Below are positions 27,718 to 42,523 of a stretch of 64,000 nucleotides of DNA, one piece after another (position 1 is the first letter of the stretch; every line of letters starts with the position of its first letter). The stretch is from the NCBI GenBank assembly GCA_951406725.2, contig OX597820.1:94488001-94552000 (forward strand), in the 5' to 3' direction. This stretch comes from Octopus vulgaris (lineage: Eukaryota). The translations under genes and the position numbers were made by a program. The notes below the pieces were generated by a model, which saw only the letters and a program-made list of their open reading frames with translations, did no database searches and was not told where the DNA came from.

Positions 27718-27752
27718 GTTTCCGACGAAGAGCTCCGCTCGAAACGTTAAAC
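27718..27752 (+). ncRNA. Minimal type-I hammerhead ribozyme-like motif in a ~200-bp element (27655-27852)
   Basis: gttt-CCGACGA-a-GAGC-tcc-GCTC-GAAAC-GTT-aaac: stem I gttt/aaac, stem II GAGC/GCTC, core differs from CUGANGA at position 4. Confidence 0.65.
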
Positions 27753-27852
27753 CCTCCTTCTTTCCTTCTTCCCTGAGCGTCCAATAATACTATATTTGTT
27801 CCACGTCCTCGCGTTGTTGTGTGTTTTTTTGTGCTTTCTTGTTTGGATTAAC

Positions 27853-27885
<33 letters not shown>

Positions 27886-28250
27886 TTTTTTAGCATATTT
27901 TATTTGTTGATTGATTTTTTAAATTGTTAATTTGCAAATATTATACTAATATTTTTTAATGCAGAACTACATTTCATCAAGAAATTCCCTCCAAAAATGA
28001 ATGTTTGGAAGGGGTAACAGGACATTTTGTATTCTAAATATAAATTTTATTTGACAAGTTCGAGAATAATGAACAAGCTGTTTTTCCAAAATTCTGACGA
28101 CTTTTTTCTCAAAACATATATATATATATAAGCAATAATAAATCTCTGAACGACACGACAATGTGAAGTATATTTGCCATTTAAATGTGGCTAACCACTA
28201 AGAGAGGATGCTACTGTAGCTTGTAGCCCCAGGAGAACATCTCCAGTTGG

Positions 28251-28338
<88 letters not shown>

Positions 28339-28499
28339 GAAGCAGATCATACTCAGTCCAACCAGGCACAAAAATGGCCAGGACCTCTGGACAGAACTGA
28401 CAATGTATGGCCCGGAATTAACTAAAGATAAACTCCGCACAGATGGCTAACCAAGGATCAGTATTAAGGAATGAGAGTCTGTTGTTAGGGTACGCATAT

Positions 28500-29386
28500 A
28501 TGTATATTATTTATATTATATGAGTGAACGCCACGCATCCATTTCCAAGTAAGTTTTATCTTAATAATCCTGATGCAACATTATTCTATCACTATCTCTA
28601 TTTCTCTCTCTCTCTTCCTCTTTCTATATTCTTTTTATCTTTCCTTTTTTCTCTCTCATCCTTTCTCTAATTCTTCTCCTCCTCCTTCACCTTTCTCTAT
28701 CTGCCCCTGTCTCTCCCTCACTCTTCCTCCTTGACTCTATCGTTGCTCACGCGTGACCAGCGGCCATCTTTCTTCTCCTAACTCGAATTTCTTTCTTTCT
28801 TCTCGTTCAGCTACAGGGATAGCATGAATTTTTGTCTGTCACTTGTCAAAGCTTGTTTCTCCAGCGTTCATCACTTTTCCTCATTATGGCTTAACAGCCC
28901 TTACCGTTTGTTTTTACTGTCCTGCTTTTGTTACCAATTTTGACCCTCCGCAAATCCCAAATTTTATTAAATTTGCTTTGCGGGAGCAACTGTTTTGACG
29001 AAGACGCATCTTGTCCTAATGCTCGAAATGCGAAGTAGAAAAAGCAGTGAACAACTGATGAAGGGATTGTTCTTTATGTTGCCTGTCTTGTTTTTCTATT
29101 TGTTTCTTTCGTTGTTCGCAAAAAAGTTCGTTTTCCATGTTTTTGTTTTTCATATTCTATCTCATGTTGTTTACGTTTTTTTTACGGCTTATGCATGTGT
29201 ATATATATATATATATAAGTATGTACAGGAGTGGCTGTGTGGTAAGTAGCTTGCTAACCAGCCACATGGTTCCGGGTTCAGTCCCACTGCGTGGCATCTT
29301 GGGCAAGTGTCTTCTGCTATAGCCCCGGGCCGACCAATGCCTTGTGAGTGGATTTGGTAGACGGAAACTGAAAGAAGCCTGTCGTA

Positions 29387-29418
<32 letters not shown>

Positions 29419-29690
29419 ATGCATGTGTGTGTGTGCTTGTGTGTCTGTTTGTCCCCTTAGCATTGCTTGACAACCGATGCTGGTGTGTTTACGTCCCCGT
29501 CACTTAGCGGTTCGGCAAAAAAGACCGATATAATAAGTACTGGGCTTACAAAGAATAAGTCACGAGGTCGATTTGCTCGACTAAACGCGGTGCTCCAGCA
29601 TGGCCGCAGTCAAATGACTGAAACAAGTAAAAGAGTAAAAAAAGTAAAGAGTATATGATTAAGCGCCCTACATCCATTTCCAAGATACTT
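28500..29690 (+). mobile_element. Pyrimidine-rich element with partial terminal direct repeat (pLTR-like); mirror at about 53655-54440
   Basis: tatatga...cgccacgcatccatttccaag occurs at ~28517-28548 and again, imperfectly, at ~29652-29684. Confidence 0.45.
29227..29651 (+). mobile_element. SINE family B, left arm only
   Basis: ggagtggctgtgtggtaagtagc...gaaacaagtaaaagag; absent from the mirror site at ~53690-53735. Confidence 0.9.
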
Positions 29691-29763
29691 TGGTGAATGG
29701 AGCTAGCTATGTACTGGATGATGATTGGTGATATTCCCCGTTCAGATGTGGTGGGGCAGAATA

Positions 29764-30502
29764 TACAGTGTTCCGAAATTAAGACAACATAAGTTTCAGG
29801 CTTCAATAGCTATCTTTAAATGTGATAAGATATGAAAATTATACATCATTATAAAAGCTTCGTGTGTTTTCTTTGTGTTTCAGTCAATATAAATTCACAC
29901 TTTGGAGTGTATCTGGTTCCGTCGAACTTTGGAGTGTATCTATCTGGCTCGTAAATCGACGTCAAAATCAAGTTAGTTATGGTTTGGGCGACTGTGACAG
30001 CCACTGAAAGGTCTTCCTTCGTTTTTTGTGCCATCGTGAGTTAAAATTAACAACTAGCGATTCATTAGTGATATTCTGGAAGCTGAACAGCTTCCATGGG
30101 TGAATGTACACTTTCAAGATGCACCTTGGCGCCTCCAATAGGACTCGGCACCATCCCACAGCTTCAAACAGACAAAACAATATTCCGTCGTTCATAGGCA
30201 AGGATGTATGGCCCTCAAAAAGCCCCGATCTCAATCCGTTGGATTTTTCTGTCTGGTTCATGCTCGACACTGCGCTAGGAATGGATTTCGATTCTGCAAG
30301 AACAGTTGCTTACCATATGTGAACCATTTGCACTTCGATTTAAGGCCGTGATTCGAAACAGAGGTGATCATATCGAATAAATGTGGTATTGTCATAATTG
30401 TGTTTCCTTTATGATTGTACTGCAATGCTAGATGCGAAATACAACAATATTTTACTTTGACAAAATTGAAAAAATTGGTTGCCTTAATTTTGGGTCACCC
30501 TA
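29764..30502 (+). mobile_element. Internally deleted Tc1/mariner (maT/DD37D-like) DNA transposon; mirror 52815-53556
   Basis: TIRs TAcagtgttccgaaattaagacaac / gttgccttaattttgggtcacccTA; transposase motif FIGKDVWPSKSPDLNPLDFSVW. Confidence 0.85.
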
Positions 30503-30779
30503 TGCTTGTGTATAGTTTGACCCCAAAGTCTCAGGCAGAGAAGCACAGCATCTGTAATGGACTAAGAAGAAAGATATTGAAAGGGTTCCAATCGGCAACG
30601 AAAGAACTTTGACAAACAAAAACAAAACCAATGTATCAATGTTTAACCAAATCAATCAAACAATCGATTAGTTTGTTGGATATGCAACCAATTGACTAAT
30701 AATAAATTGAACTAGTGGAATTGAACCAGTGAATGTGTTAATAGTATTAGCATAATGACTCTTCCTAGATACAACAATA

Positions 30780-30895
30780 TATACACACATACACACATAC
30801 ACACAAGCACACACACACACAAGCACACACACACACAAGCACACACACACAAGCACACACACACAAGCACACACACACACAAGCACACACACACA

Positions 30896-30945
<50 letters not shown>
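30780..30945. repeat. (CA)n/(CACAAG)n and (CT)n microsatellites
   Basis: Direct reading; shorter mirror at 52405-52530. Confidence 0.95.
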
Positions 30946-30946
<1 letters not shown>

Positions 30947-31075
30947 GCACACATATATACGCACACATGCATTCAAACATATATATCAAAACCTGGGAGA
31001 AGGTAGGCGTGGCTGGAACAAGGGACACTATGGAGGGTGTAATGGCGCTTCGGCATAGCGAAGCAGTTCCTTAAC

Positions 31076-31690
31076 AACTGTATGTGTAAGCTATGTCATG
31101 TTTCTGTGGAAGACATCACGCATGTGATTAGCAGCTGTCCTAAAATGTCATCACGATACTACCTCCCTATGCAGCACGATGTTGTTGCTAAAACAATTTA
31201 CAATGCCATCCGCAAAAAAGAATGTCCTGAAATAAACTTAGAAAATCCCTCTGTTATGGAATACATTCACAAACAACAACTTAAGGAAAACTGGTGGAAT
31301 ATTCCCATCAAAACTTCTGTCAAATGTAAACATTAACAGGTCAGATATTGTTGTTTGGGTATGTACCGTCATAGAAGTCAGATGCCCTGCAGATATAAAT
31401 ATTTCTCTGAAAATCAAAAGAAAAGAAGATATATATGGACATATATATCATCTAGCTCTATATTCATAATCATACCAATAATAATTGGAGCACTAGGAGA
31501 ATCTGAATAAACAGGGATTTTCAGAAAGAGAAATCGACCGGCTAATTCGTACATTACAAGTGCAACTTGTGACTGGAAGAGTAAAAATATGCAAGACTTT
31601 TCTCAAGTTCCAAATGTGAATTTATCTGTGTTAACTACACCCCAAAGATGGAGTCATGTATCTTTGTTGGAAACCGGCTACCTCCCCAAT
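31076..31690 (+). mobile_element. 3' fragment of RLE-type non-LTR retrotransposon (Dong/R4-like); mirror about 51500-52274
   Basis: CCHC knuckle CKLC...EDITHVISSC, HDVV, WWNIPI, SDIVVW..IEV; the mirror also keeps EGYAFAIQEQ. Confidence 0.85.
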
Positions 31691-32034
31691 GGAAGATTTA
31701 TGATAATTCAGAAATAGAAGAGACAGACATACATACATGCATACATGCATACGTACATACATTCTCAATATGGAAAATACTTAGCACTCAAATGATTTGA
31801 ATTTACACTCCGAAATTTTTATCAGGGACGGAGTCCACGAAGTAATGGGTGGCTATGAGAGAAATTCAGGTGAGCAGATAAGGATACAATGATGTATGTA
31901 TGCATGTATTTATGTATGTACGTACATATATAGATACATGTATATGCTAAACTGGTAACACGATCTCTCTTTTTCCATCTCTCTCTCTCCCTATATATAA
32001 ATATATGTATGTATGTATCTCCCTATATATATAA

Positions 32035-32067
<33 letters not shown>

Positions 32068-32080
32068 TGTATGTGTGTAC

Positions 32081-32111
<31 letters not shown>

Positions 32112-32440
32112 TGTATGTATGTATGTATGTATGTATCCATATCTGTAATAGAAAGTGCTAGTTTAGTGAAATAGTAAAAAAAATAGTATATCACACGATA
32201 CTCACATGAAACTATGGCCACAACGACGATGAGAAGATATATAGTCTTCATGATGTTTACTTAAGAAAGTCAACGATCACAATAAAGCGGAGACTAATTT
32301 TTTTCTTATATATATATGTTCAGTGTTATCAAAGTGTTGATATAACTAAGATTATTGCTATTGGTTACGTAAGTTCTTCTGTACGAAATACTTTCCGGGG
32401 GATACAGAATTAGTTATAAACAAACAAATAAATAGTGTTT

Positions 32441-32483
<43 letters not shown>

Positions 32484-32534
32484 AACTACTACTACTACGA
32501 CTACTACGACTACTACTACTACTCCTACTACTAC

Positions 32535-34670
<2,136 letters not shown>

Positions 34671-34681
34671 TTAGGTGATTA

Positions 34682-36330
34682 ATGAATAACTGGAATACAG
34701 ACTTATGTGGACAATTTTTAGTGAAGGTTAACTTTAAAATAGGCATATTTCAGGGAGAGGCTACCGTCATTGTTGTTTGCGATTTGCATAATACCCTTAC
34801 ACAGATACTACGGAAAGTGACAACGGAGTACACCTTGAAAAGTGGAGAAAAATTAAATCACCTGTTATATATGGATGATTTAAAGATTTTTGGAAAGAAC
34901 GAACGTGAAATAAATGGTCTAATTTCAACATTGCAAATATTCAGTCAGGATATCGAGATGGAATTTGGGATTAAAATGTGTGGTGTGCTTATCATAAAAA
35001 AGAGCAAAGTAGTGTCGTCCGATGGTGTAGGACTACCCAACGGTGAGAGAATCAAGGATGTTGAAATTGTAGGATATAAGTATCTGGGTATTTTGAAGTA
35101 TGACAAAATCAAGGAGAATGGGATAGTGAAATAAAGGAAAGCTTTAGGCGAGAATATCTAAGAACCAAATTAATTATGGGAAGTAGACTCAATGGAAAGT
35201 ACAAGATAAGGGTAATGAATACATGGGCTATTTCCTTAATGCGATACGGTGCAGGTGTTGTTAGGTGGACGAAGAATGAGCTTGAAGAGTGATGACAATG
35301 AACAAGGAACTGCACCCAATAAGTGATATCGATAGATTTAATGTGCCTAGAAAGAAGGGAGGAAGAGGTCTCATAGGGTGCAAGATCTAGGTTGTCAACG
35401 AGAACAGTCTGGGGCGGTGCATCAAACAGCAGAGTAAATCCTTGCTTGCCGCAGCTAGAAATAGCAACATGATAACTACCAAAAATGTGACGCGCTGAAA
35501 ATTATTTAAGAAACTAGATGAGGAAGAAAGAACAACTGGAAATGAATGTAGAGACATTACCTCAGAGAAATCTAAGATTAAGACAAGACTAACACATGAA
35601 GATGGATAAGGAAAAGTGATCTGAAAGGATGAACTGAGATATTGATATGCAACACCCAGGAACAAGCTCTGAGAACTAATAACACCAAGTTCCTAATAAC
35701 TAACAGCAGTTAATCGCACCCTTGTAGGATGTGTGGCAGTAAAAATGAAACAATCACACTTTGTGAGTTAAGGTAGCAAACTGGCACAGATTCACTTCAA
35801 AAGGCTGCACGATAACTGGCTAAGTTTGTTCACTGAAGACTGTGTGAAAAGTATGGCCTAGGAAGAGCACGGAAATGGTACGAACATGAACTGGAGGGTG
35901 TCACTGAGAATAATAAGTATAAGATCTTGTGGAATTTTTAGTTCAATGTGATTCCCCAGCTGATGCTCGGAAACCAGAAATTGTTGTGGTAGATAAAAGG
36001 AAAAAGGAAACTAAGATCATAGATATTGCCATACATGAGGATGCACGCGTAGTTGAGAAATAGTTGAAAAAGGTAGAGAAATACAAATTACTAAAAAAAA
36101 GGAGAATACAAAAATGTGAGCAATGAGGAAAGTAACCGTTATTCCAGTAGTTCGGAGCACTAACAACCAGATTCGAGAAATATGTCGGAGAAATTGGAAT
36201 TGACATGAGGGTAGAGCAGGCCCAAAACCAATTCTATTGGGGACAGCTAGGATTTTGAGATTGATGCTTGAGTGTCTTCAATGATAAATTAACAACCAAG
36301 TGCCAAGTTTTATAATTTGCCGAAAGAGAC
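34682..36330 (+). mobile_element. Decayed Dong/R4-like LINE (RT, zinc knuckle, RLE); deleted mirror about 47445-48712
   Basis: GIFQG, LNHLLYMDDLKIFG, FGIKMCG, YKYLG, PRKKGGRGL, ARKPEIVVVDK..IIDIA. Confidence 0.9.
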
Positions 36331-36454
36331 CTTGTGAGGCCTCTGATAACAAGTTGCTGTATACTTTCACATGATCAACCACAGAAAGTAAGACCGTGAG
36401 CTCCAAAGAGTATTGTAATAATACCAGGAAACCCAAAAATGGCATAAATTCAAA

Positions 36455-37270
36455 AGATAGTGCTCATGGAAACTGCTCATGTCCTACGCAAAATACTTTC
36501 TATGTAATCTCAAGGTTTAAAACAAACATAATTTTCGGTTTACAAAAAAAAAAAAAACTTTTTATAGACATTCATTAGTACAACCCCCCCTCCCAAATAT
36601 ATGGCACACTAGGCATAACAACAACATGAACTTCCAACCCTGTTGTCTCTTGAGGTCTCTGGGTGAGACTTGGAGCCAACTTGTACAAATATAAAGCAAA
36701 AGTCAAACATAGAATAATAATAATAATATTTTCTCAAAAAGAAGTGGAGAAACTGTCAATGTACAAAGATTTCGAAACTGAAGTATTCAATATTTGGAGC
36801 ATTAAGTCAAAAACAATACCAGTAATAGTTAGAGCATCTGGTATTATAAAAACATATCAAAAACGTAGACACCATATCTGGACCTTCAACAATGGACGCT
36901 ATCAAAAGGAATAATATTGTTAGGAACAGCAAACATCCTACGCAAGACACTATCAAGTCAATAATGCAACCCAAACAAGACAATCCATGAGCACTAGACA
37001 CTCTCTATAAAGTAAATGCCCAATAAAGCAAACATGTACTCTTCAAGTCGGATACCAAACAGGACATAACTCGCATTACTCACGAAACACAAAATACAAA
37101 TACTAATGCAACAAAAGATTCAAGCCAAACCCCATAAAAAATCAAATTGATGCAATAATGTGCTGGAAAGAGTCTGTTCTTCCCTAACTCCAACAAAACC
37201 AAGATAACCCCAAAATGCATACACTTCAAGTTGTTGAGCAGGTGATGCAGTAAAAGTTTAGTTGAAATTA
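36455..37270 (+). mobile_element. Two further Dong/R4-like 3' fragments
   Basis: tagtgctcatggaaactgctcat...gcaaaagtcaaacataga(aat)n repeats 32573-32830; KLSMYKDFETEV..TIPVIVRASG. Confidence 0.75.
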
Positions 37271-37549
37271 TTGAATATCTAAAATTAGTAATAATAATAG
37301 TAAATGGTTTTAAATTTTGGCACAAAACCAGAAATTTTGGGAAGGAGTTAAGTCAATTACATCGATTCCAGAACTTGACTGGTACTTAATTTATTGACCT
37401 CGAAAGGAGGAAAAACAAGGTTGACCTGAGCGGAATTTGAATTCTGGATATAAGAAAGGACGAAACACTGCTAAGCCGGTAAGGCGTGCGAACGAATCTA
37501 CTAGCTCCTAGCCTTACTGCTACTGCTTCTATTGCTGCTGCTGCTTCTG

Positions 37550-37611
<62 letters not shown>

Positions 37612-37619
37612 GCACCTCT

Positions 37620-38500
37620 CTACCGTCATCTTCACAAATCGCTAATGCAATTGAGCGATTTAGTGAAGGACGGTTTTGTCATCCTACATACATCTCAGAT
37701 ACACTCAGCATCTAGCGCTTCCATGCCTGAAGAGGTTGTCCCGAACAGGTTGTCGCGAACCAAACATCATTCTAGATGCAAAATGCTCAGTCTTGGTCTA
37801 CGCTTGGCCCATGACTGAAGCTCAACCAACGTGACGAGCAACAGAAAGACATCTTGCACAAAAGACATGCATACTAGTTTGCCCTCGTTTTCAGCGTCGT
37901 AATCTAGATATTTCTACAGGTGCATCAACCTCAGCACAGCCGGCACGTCATCAAGAACAGAAACCCGAGACCACCACAGAGTAAGTACTGACGACAGCTA
38001 GATTTTATGACTATTGCAACTTGACTCTTCCATAAGAATCGGAAAAGTAAGTGTTCTAATCTGGTTCGAGTTTTATTGGGACAAGCTACGACTGTCAAAC
38101 GGAAGTACACCACCGAAGCAATATACGCATTCACTGCTTCAGCTCAGCCTTCAGATACAGTTTCCTCGCAGCCAATCTCTAAATGAGACTAGCCACCCTA
38201 CTTGTAGCCGCATCCAAGTTCCTATCCACCTAGAGGTCTGGTCAGGACCAGACTCTGAGTACCTTCACCGGAACCTCGGCCCAGCAACGGAAATCGCTAC
38301 TGGTCAACATGAACTTGCGTAATTGCAAACCCACCAACTTGTCCTAGTTTATGCATACTCCTGTACATAATTGGTATTCTCTGAGGATAGTGTCGATTAC
38401 TTCTCTATCCGAAGACATACTTGACATCCGAAGACATATCTGACAGTGATGTCTTTCGCGTATGTGGACAAGACTCTCCTGTAACCCAAAAATGTATTAA
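37620..38500 (-). mobile_element. Decayed Tx1/L1-clade LINE RT fragment; mirror about 45523-46402
   Basis: STYAKDITV (degenerate YADD) and RLEHLLFRFLWKSQV..GGLG. Confidence 0.7.
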
Positions 38501-38795
38501 GGCGCAGGCTGTGTGATAAGAAGCGTGTTTCCCAACTGCATGGTTTCGGGTTCAGTCCTACTGCGTGGCACCTTGGGCAAGTGTCAACCTCGGGCTGACC
38601 AAAGGCTTGTAAGTGGATTTGGTAGACGAAAAGTGTGTTTACGTCCCCGAAATTTAGCGATTCAGTAAAAGACACCGATAAAATAAGTACTAGATTTACA
38701 AAGAATAAGTCCTGGGATTGATTTGTTCGACTGAAGGCGGTGCTCTAGCATGGTCGCAGTCAAATGACTGAAACAAGTAAAAGAATAAAAGAATA
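38500..38795 (+). mobile_element. SINE family B (internally deleted); mirror about 45228-45522
   Basis: ggcgcaggctgtgtgataag...gcaccttgggcaagtgtc...gactgaaacaagtaaaaga. Confidence 0.85.
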
Positions 38796-39008
38796 AATGA
38801 GTTTAATATAAAATAAAATAAAACAAAAAATAAACAAATAGTCAATTTGTATTTTATGCTATTAAAAAAAAAGACTTTTTCAGTGCACGAGTCATGTATC
38901 TACTTGTTTATTAGGAAACATGACATTTTAAAATACAGCATTTGATTAAAAGTGTTAAAACATCTTGGAGATTGGTTTTATCAGTAAAATCACAAACGCC
39001 CCGCCACC

Positions 39009-39039
<31 letters not shown>

Positions 39040-39569
39040 GCAACGACAACACTACAACTACCACCATAACCAGTAGCATCATCACTATCATCATTATTAT
39101 CGTCAACATCAGCTTCATCATCGGGTCATCGAGGTCATACTGAGACAGGGGTATTTCTCAGGATAGCAGATAGACACAGTCGTATAAGGAATTGCCCGAA
39201 CAAAATTGCAAAACTTTAAGAATTCTGGCGCAAAGCATCTATTAGATCAATGAAAAAAATAACGCATTAAATTATTCGCATAAAATTACGTGCACTTTCT
39301 TGCCGCTTAATATACCGCGCTTAGTTCACTCTGTAAATGAATTACCTAAAAAAATATCTACCGTAAGTGGACTTTAAAGAACTCAAAGCATTCACAGAGA
39401 ATATTTCTCAATATTCTTCAACCTTGCTAAAACTAAGAAATTCCATGAAATTAGACCTTTCTAAGGATGAATATATTGCTTTTTATTTGTTAACTACTGT
39501 GTCAATAATTTTTTCTGAGTTTCTTTTTTTTTTTTTTTGTATTACTGAATCAATATATTTTCCGTCAAA

Positions 39570-39672
39570 GGCGGCGAGCTGGCAGAGTCGTTAGCATGCC
39601 GGGCGAAATGCGTAGCCGTATTTCGTCTGCCGTTACGTTCTGAGTTCAAATTCCGCCGAGGTCAACTTTGCC
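39570..39672 (+). mobile_element. 5' half of SINE family A
   Basis: ggcggcgagctggcagagtcgttagc...gagttcaaattccgccgaggtcaactttgcc. Confidence 0.85.
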
Positions 39673-40062
39673 TGAAAGGAGTAAAACATATGCTAATTTT
39701 TAACGTGGAACGTAGCTGATAGACTTCAATACTGCAAGCATTTCTGAAATATGAATCATACTAAGATTAGAATAGCTGTATGAAGGGCTTAAAGACATAA
39801 ATCCTGAAATCGCTCAGAACATTCCAGTCCTCCGTGTCACAACTACAACTTTGATCTTTATGAGCCCCAATGCTGTTCACTGTTCACCAATGCATCAAGC
39901 TGTTCCCGACAAAAAAGGAGACATAAAATCCCCAATGTTGACCCCGAACGCCCTGAATATATGAAACGAAAATCATAATACGCACATTGAGTACTTTTCC
40001 AGTTAATGTTTTGGATCTCTTATGTATCACTATACATAAAAACACGCATATACATACTCAAA

Positions 40063-40495
40063 TAGGCGCAGGAGTGTCTGTGTGGTAAGTAGCTTGTTTA
40101 CCAACCACATGGTTCCGGGTTCAGTCCCACTGCGTGGCACCTTGGGCAAGTGTCTTCTACTATAGCCTCGGGCCGACCAAAGCCTTGTGAGTGGATTTGG
40201 TAAACGGAAACTGAAAGACACTCATCGTATATATGTATATATATATGTGTGTGTCTGTGTGTTTGTGTGTTTGTGTGTCTGTGTTTGTCCCCTAGCATTG
40301 CTTGACAACCGATGCTGGTGTGTTTGTGTCCCCGTTACTTAGCAGTTCGGCAAAAGAGACCGATAGAATAAGTACTGGGCTTACAAAGAATAAGTCCCGG
40401 GGTCGATTTGCTCGACTAAAGGCGGTGCTCCAGCATGGCCGCAGTCAAATGACTGAAACAAGTAAAAGAGTAAAAGAGTAAAGAGTAAAGAGTAA
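40063..40495 (+). mobile_element. SINE family B, full length; mirror about 44614-45037
   Basis: Complete head, internal microsatellite and (gtaaaaga)n tail. Confidence 0.9.
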
Positions 40496-41829
40496 ATACA
40501 TATGCATACATATATTCCTACACACATATATATGCATACATACATGAATGAATGTATGTATGTATAATACAATGTTCCACATAAACACTGAACAGTTTGC
40601 TTAGCACCAAATATAAACTAAACACGGATATTCGAAACTAAAGGATATCTAAATATATGTTAATATAAAATGACACTTAAATACAACTGTTCAAATGAAT
40701 AAATATTTATTGTTGTTTTCCCCATGGTATTTTTGAGCTTAGCAAGTCAAGGAGTGCTTACTTCTCACACCTCACACGTATGTATTCCGTCATTTGCAAT
40801 AAGTTTCAATTTCGTGTATAGATTTAACATCGATAAACACAGATTGCAATTGCTATTATCGCTTGATTTTTATTTGTGAGAAGAGAGCCTGGCTTATTGG
40901 ATTAAATTTTGATAAAGCAATTCAAAATATATGTAGTGATTGAATCGTCTCCTATACCTACTCTAAAACCTTGTAATATTGTGTTACTGCTCCTTATATC
41001 ATACTATGTTATTGTTGGAATTTCTATTGAAAACTAGTTTAGTTTGTTGCAGCATTTAGATGGTTTTTATATAATATATCGAGAAGTTTTCGCATTTTCT
41101 ATCACCTATTTGAAACGTTTCGCCAAACTTTGGGGGGTAACTTTAACAGAGTCCACCCTGTTGTAATCATTCAGAACTGGTCTCTGGCATAAAGAGCTCT
41201 CTTCCTTTCTTTACACCAGTCTCAGGAGTCTTGAAAACAATCTTGGCAATTGTACTTCTTCAGGAGACTAAACCAAAATAAAAGAAAACTTCAGAAAAAG
41301 TTTGTGATGGAGCGAGGAAGAGGGGAATTCTGACATTTAGAAACTTTAGAAAATATGAATTTTCTGTTTAATTCCGAAATGGAATCGGCAGCTTATATTT
41401 GCTGCCGATAAATTTGGCGCGAGTACGATGATTTGAAAATTTTTAGGTTAGATATAGTCGAGGCAGTAGTGGTGCTGCCTCGTGAAAATATCTCTCCCGT
41501 CTGGCCTACTTTACTGATGAATCTGTTGGCTTATGGAAGATTAGCTTGATTTAATTTAATCAGGCTGATTTACCATTAAAAAATAGATGAAACGATGCAT
41601 TGTATAAAGTATAACAGGGTAAATGTTTTTTAAAATTTTCTCCTGGTTTACGGAATTAATACTTTTTTGCGGTTGAAGCCTTGGCTGCTATTTCTAGTGG
41701 GTTGAACGGCCTATTATGGCCGTTCCTTAATTTTGCTGTTGAATTTATTAATAGTCTCTGACTATTTCCTTTTTCCCACTAGACCGCCGGTGGCAAATAA
41801 TTTCTGAATTTTTTGCTACCCTATATTGA

Positions 41830-41888
<59 letters not shown>

Positions 41889-42142
41889 CAATGTATATAT
41901 ATGTATATTATACACATATATACGTACATATGTTTCATTACTGAAAATCCTTCTCTTATTCCTTTAGTAACATAATTTTCTTGCGACACATTGTGACGTA
42001 GCTAAGCAAGAAACATTAATAAATAAATAAAACCAGTCATATATTAATCCTACGAAAACAAACGGCTTTCTGAATCACGATAACTGATATTAATTGAAAC
42101 AGCATGTTAGAACCTATTTCTTATAAGCAAAGACTCAAGCAA

Positions 42143-42470
42143 AGCTCAGTGGTTAGAGCAGCGGGCTCACAATCAAGAAGTAGTGAGTTCGAATCTCGTC
42201 TGGGCTGTGAGTTGTGTTCTTGACACTTTTTTTCACGTTGCACCAGTTCACTGAGCTGTAGAAATGAGTTGCGACGTCACAGGTGTCAAGCTGTATCGGC
42301 CTTTGCCTTTCCCTTGGATAACATCGGTGGCGTGGAGAGGGTAGGCAGGTATGCATGGGCGACTGTTGGTCTTTCATAAACAATCTTGCTTGGACTTGTG
42401 CCTCGGATGGTGGTGGTGGGAACTTTCTAAGTGCACACCCATGGTCATCTATGACCGAAGGGGATCTTTA
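42143..42470 (+). mobile_element. tRNA-derived CORE-like SINE (family D) in the spacer
   Basis: A box agctcagtggttagagc, B box gagttcgaatctc, ttgtgttcttga..cacttt core, 3' hairpin ggtcatctatgacc, then (TATC)n. Confidence 0.8.
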
Positions 42471-42473
42471 TGC

Positions 42474-42523
<50 letters not shown>

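Noticed and set aside
41514-41570. C/D snoRNA-like or hammerhead-like ctgatga...ctga in the spacer
   Set aside because: No terminal stem, imperfect box C and no correctly placed GAAA.
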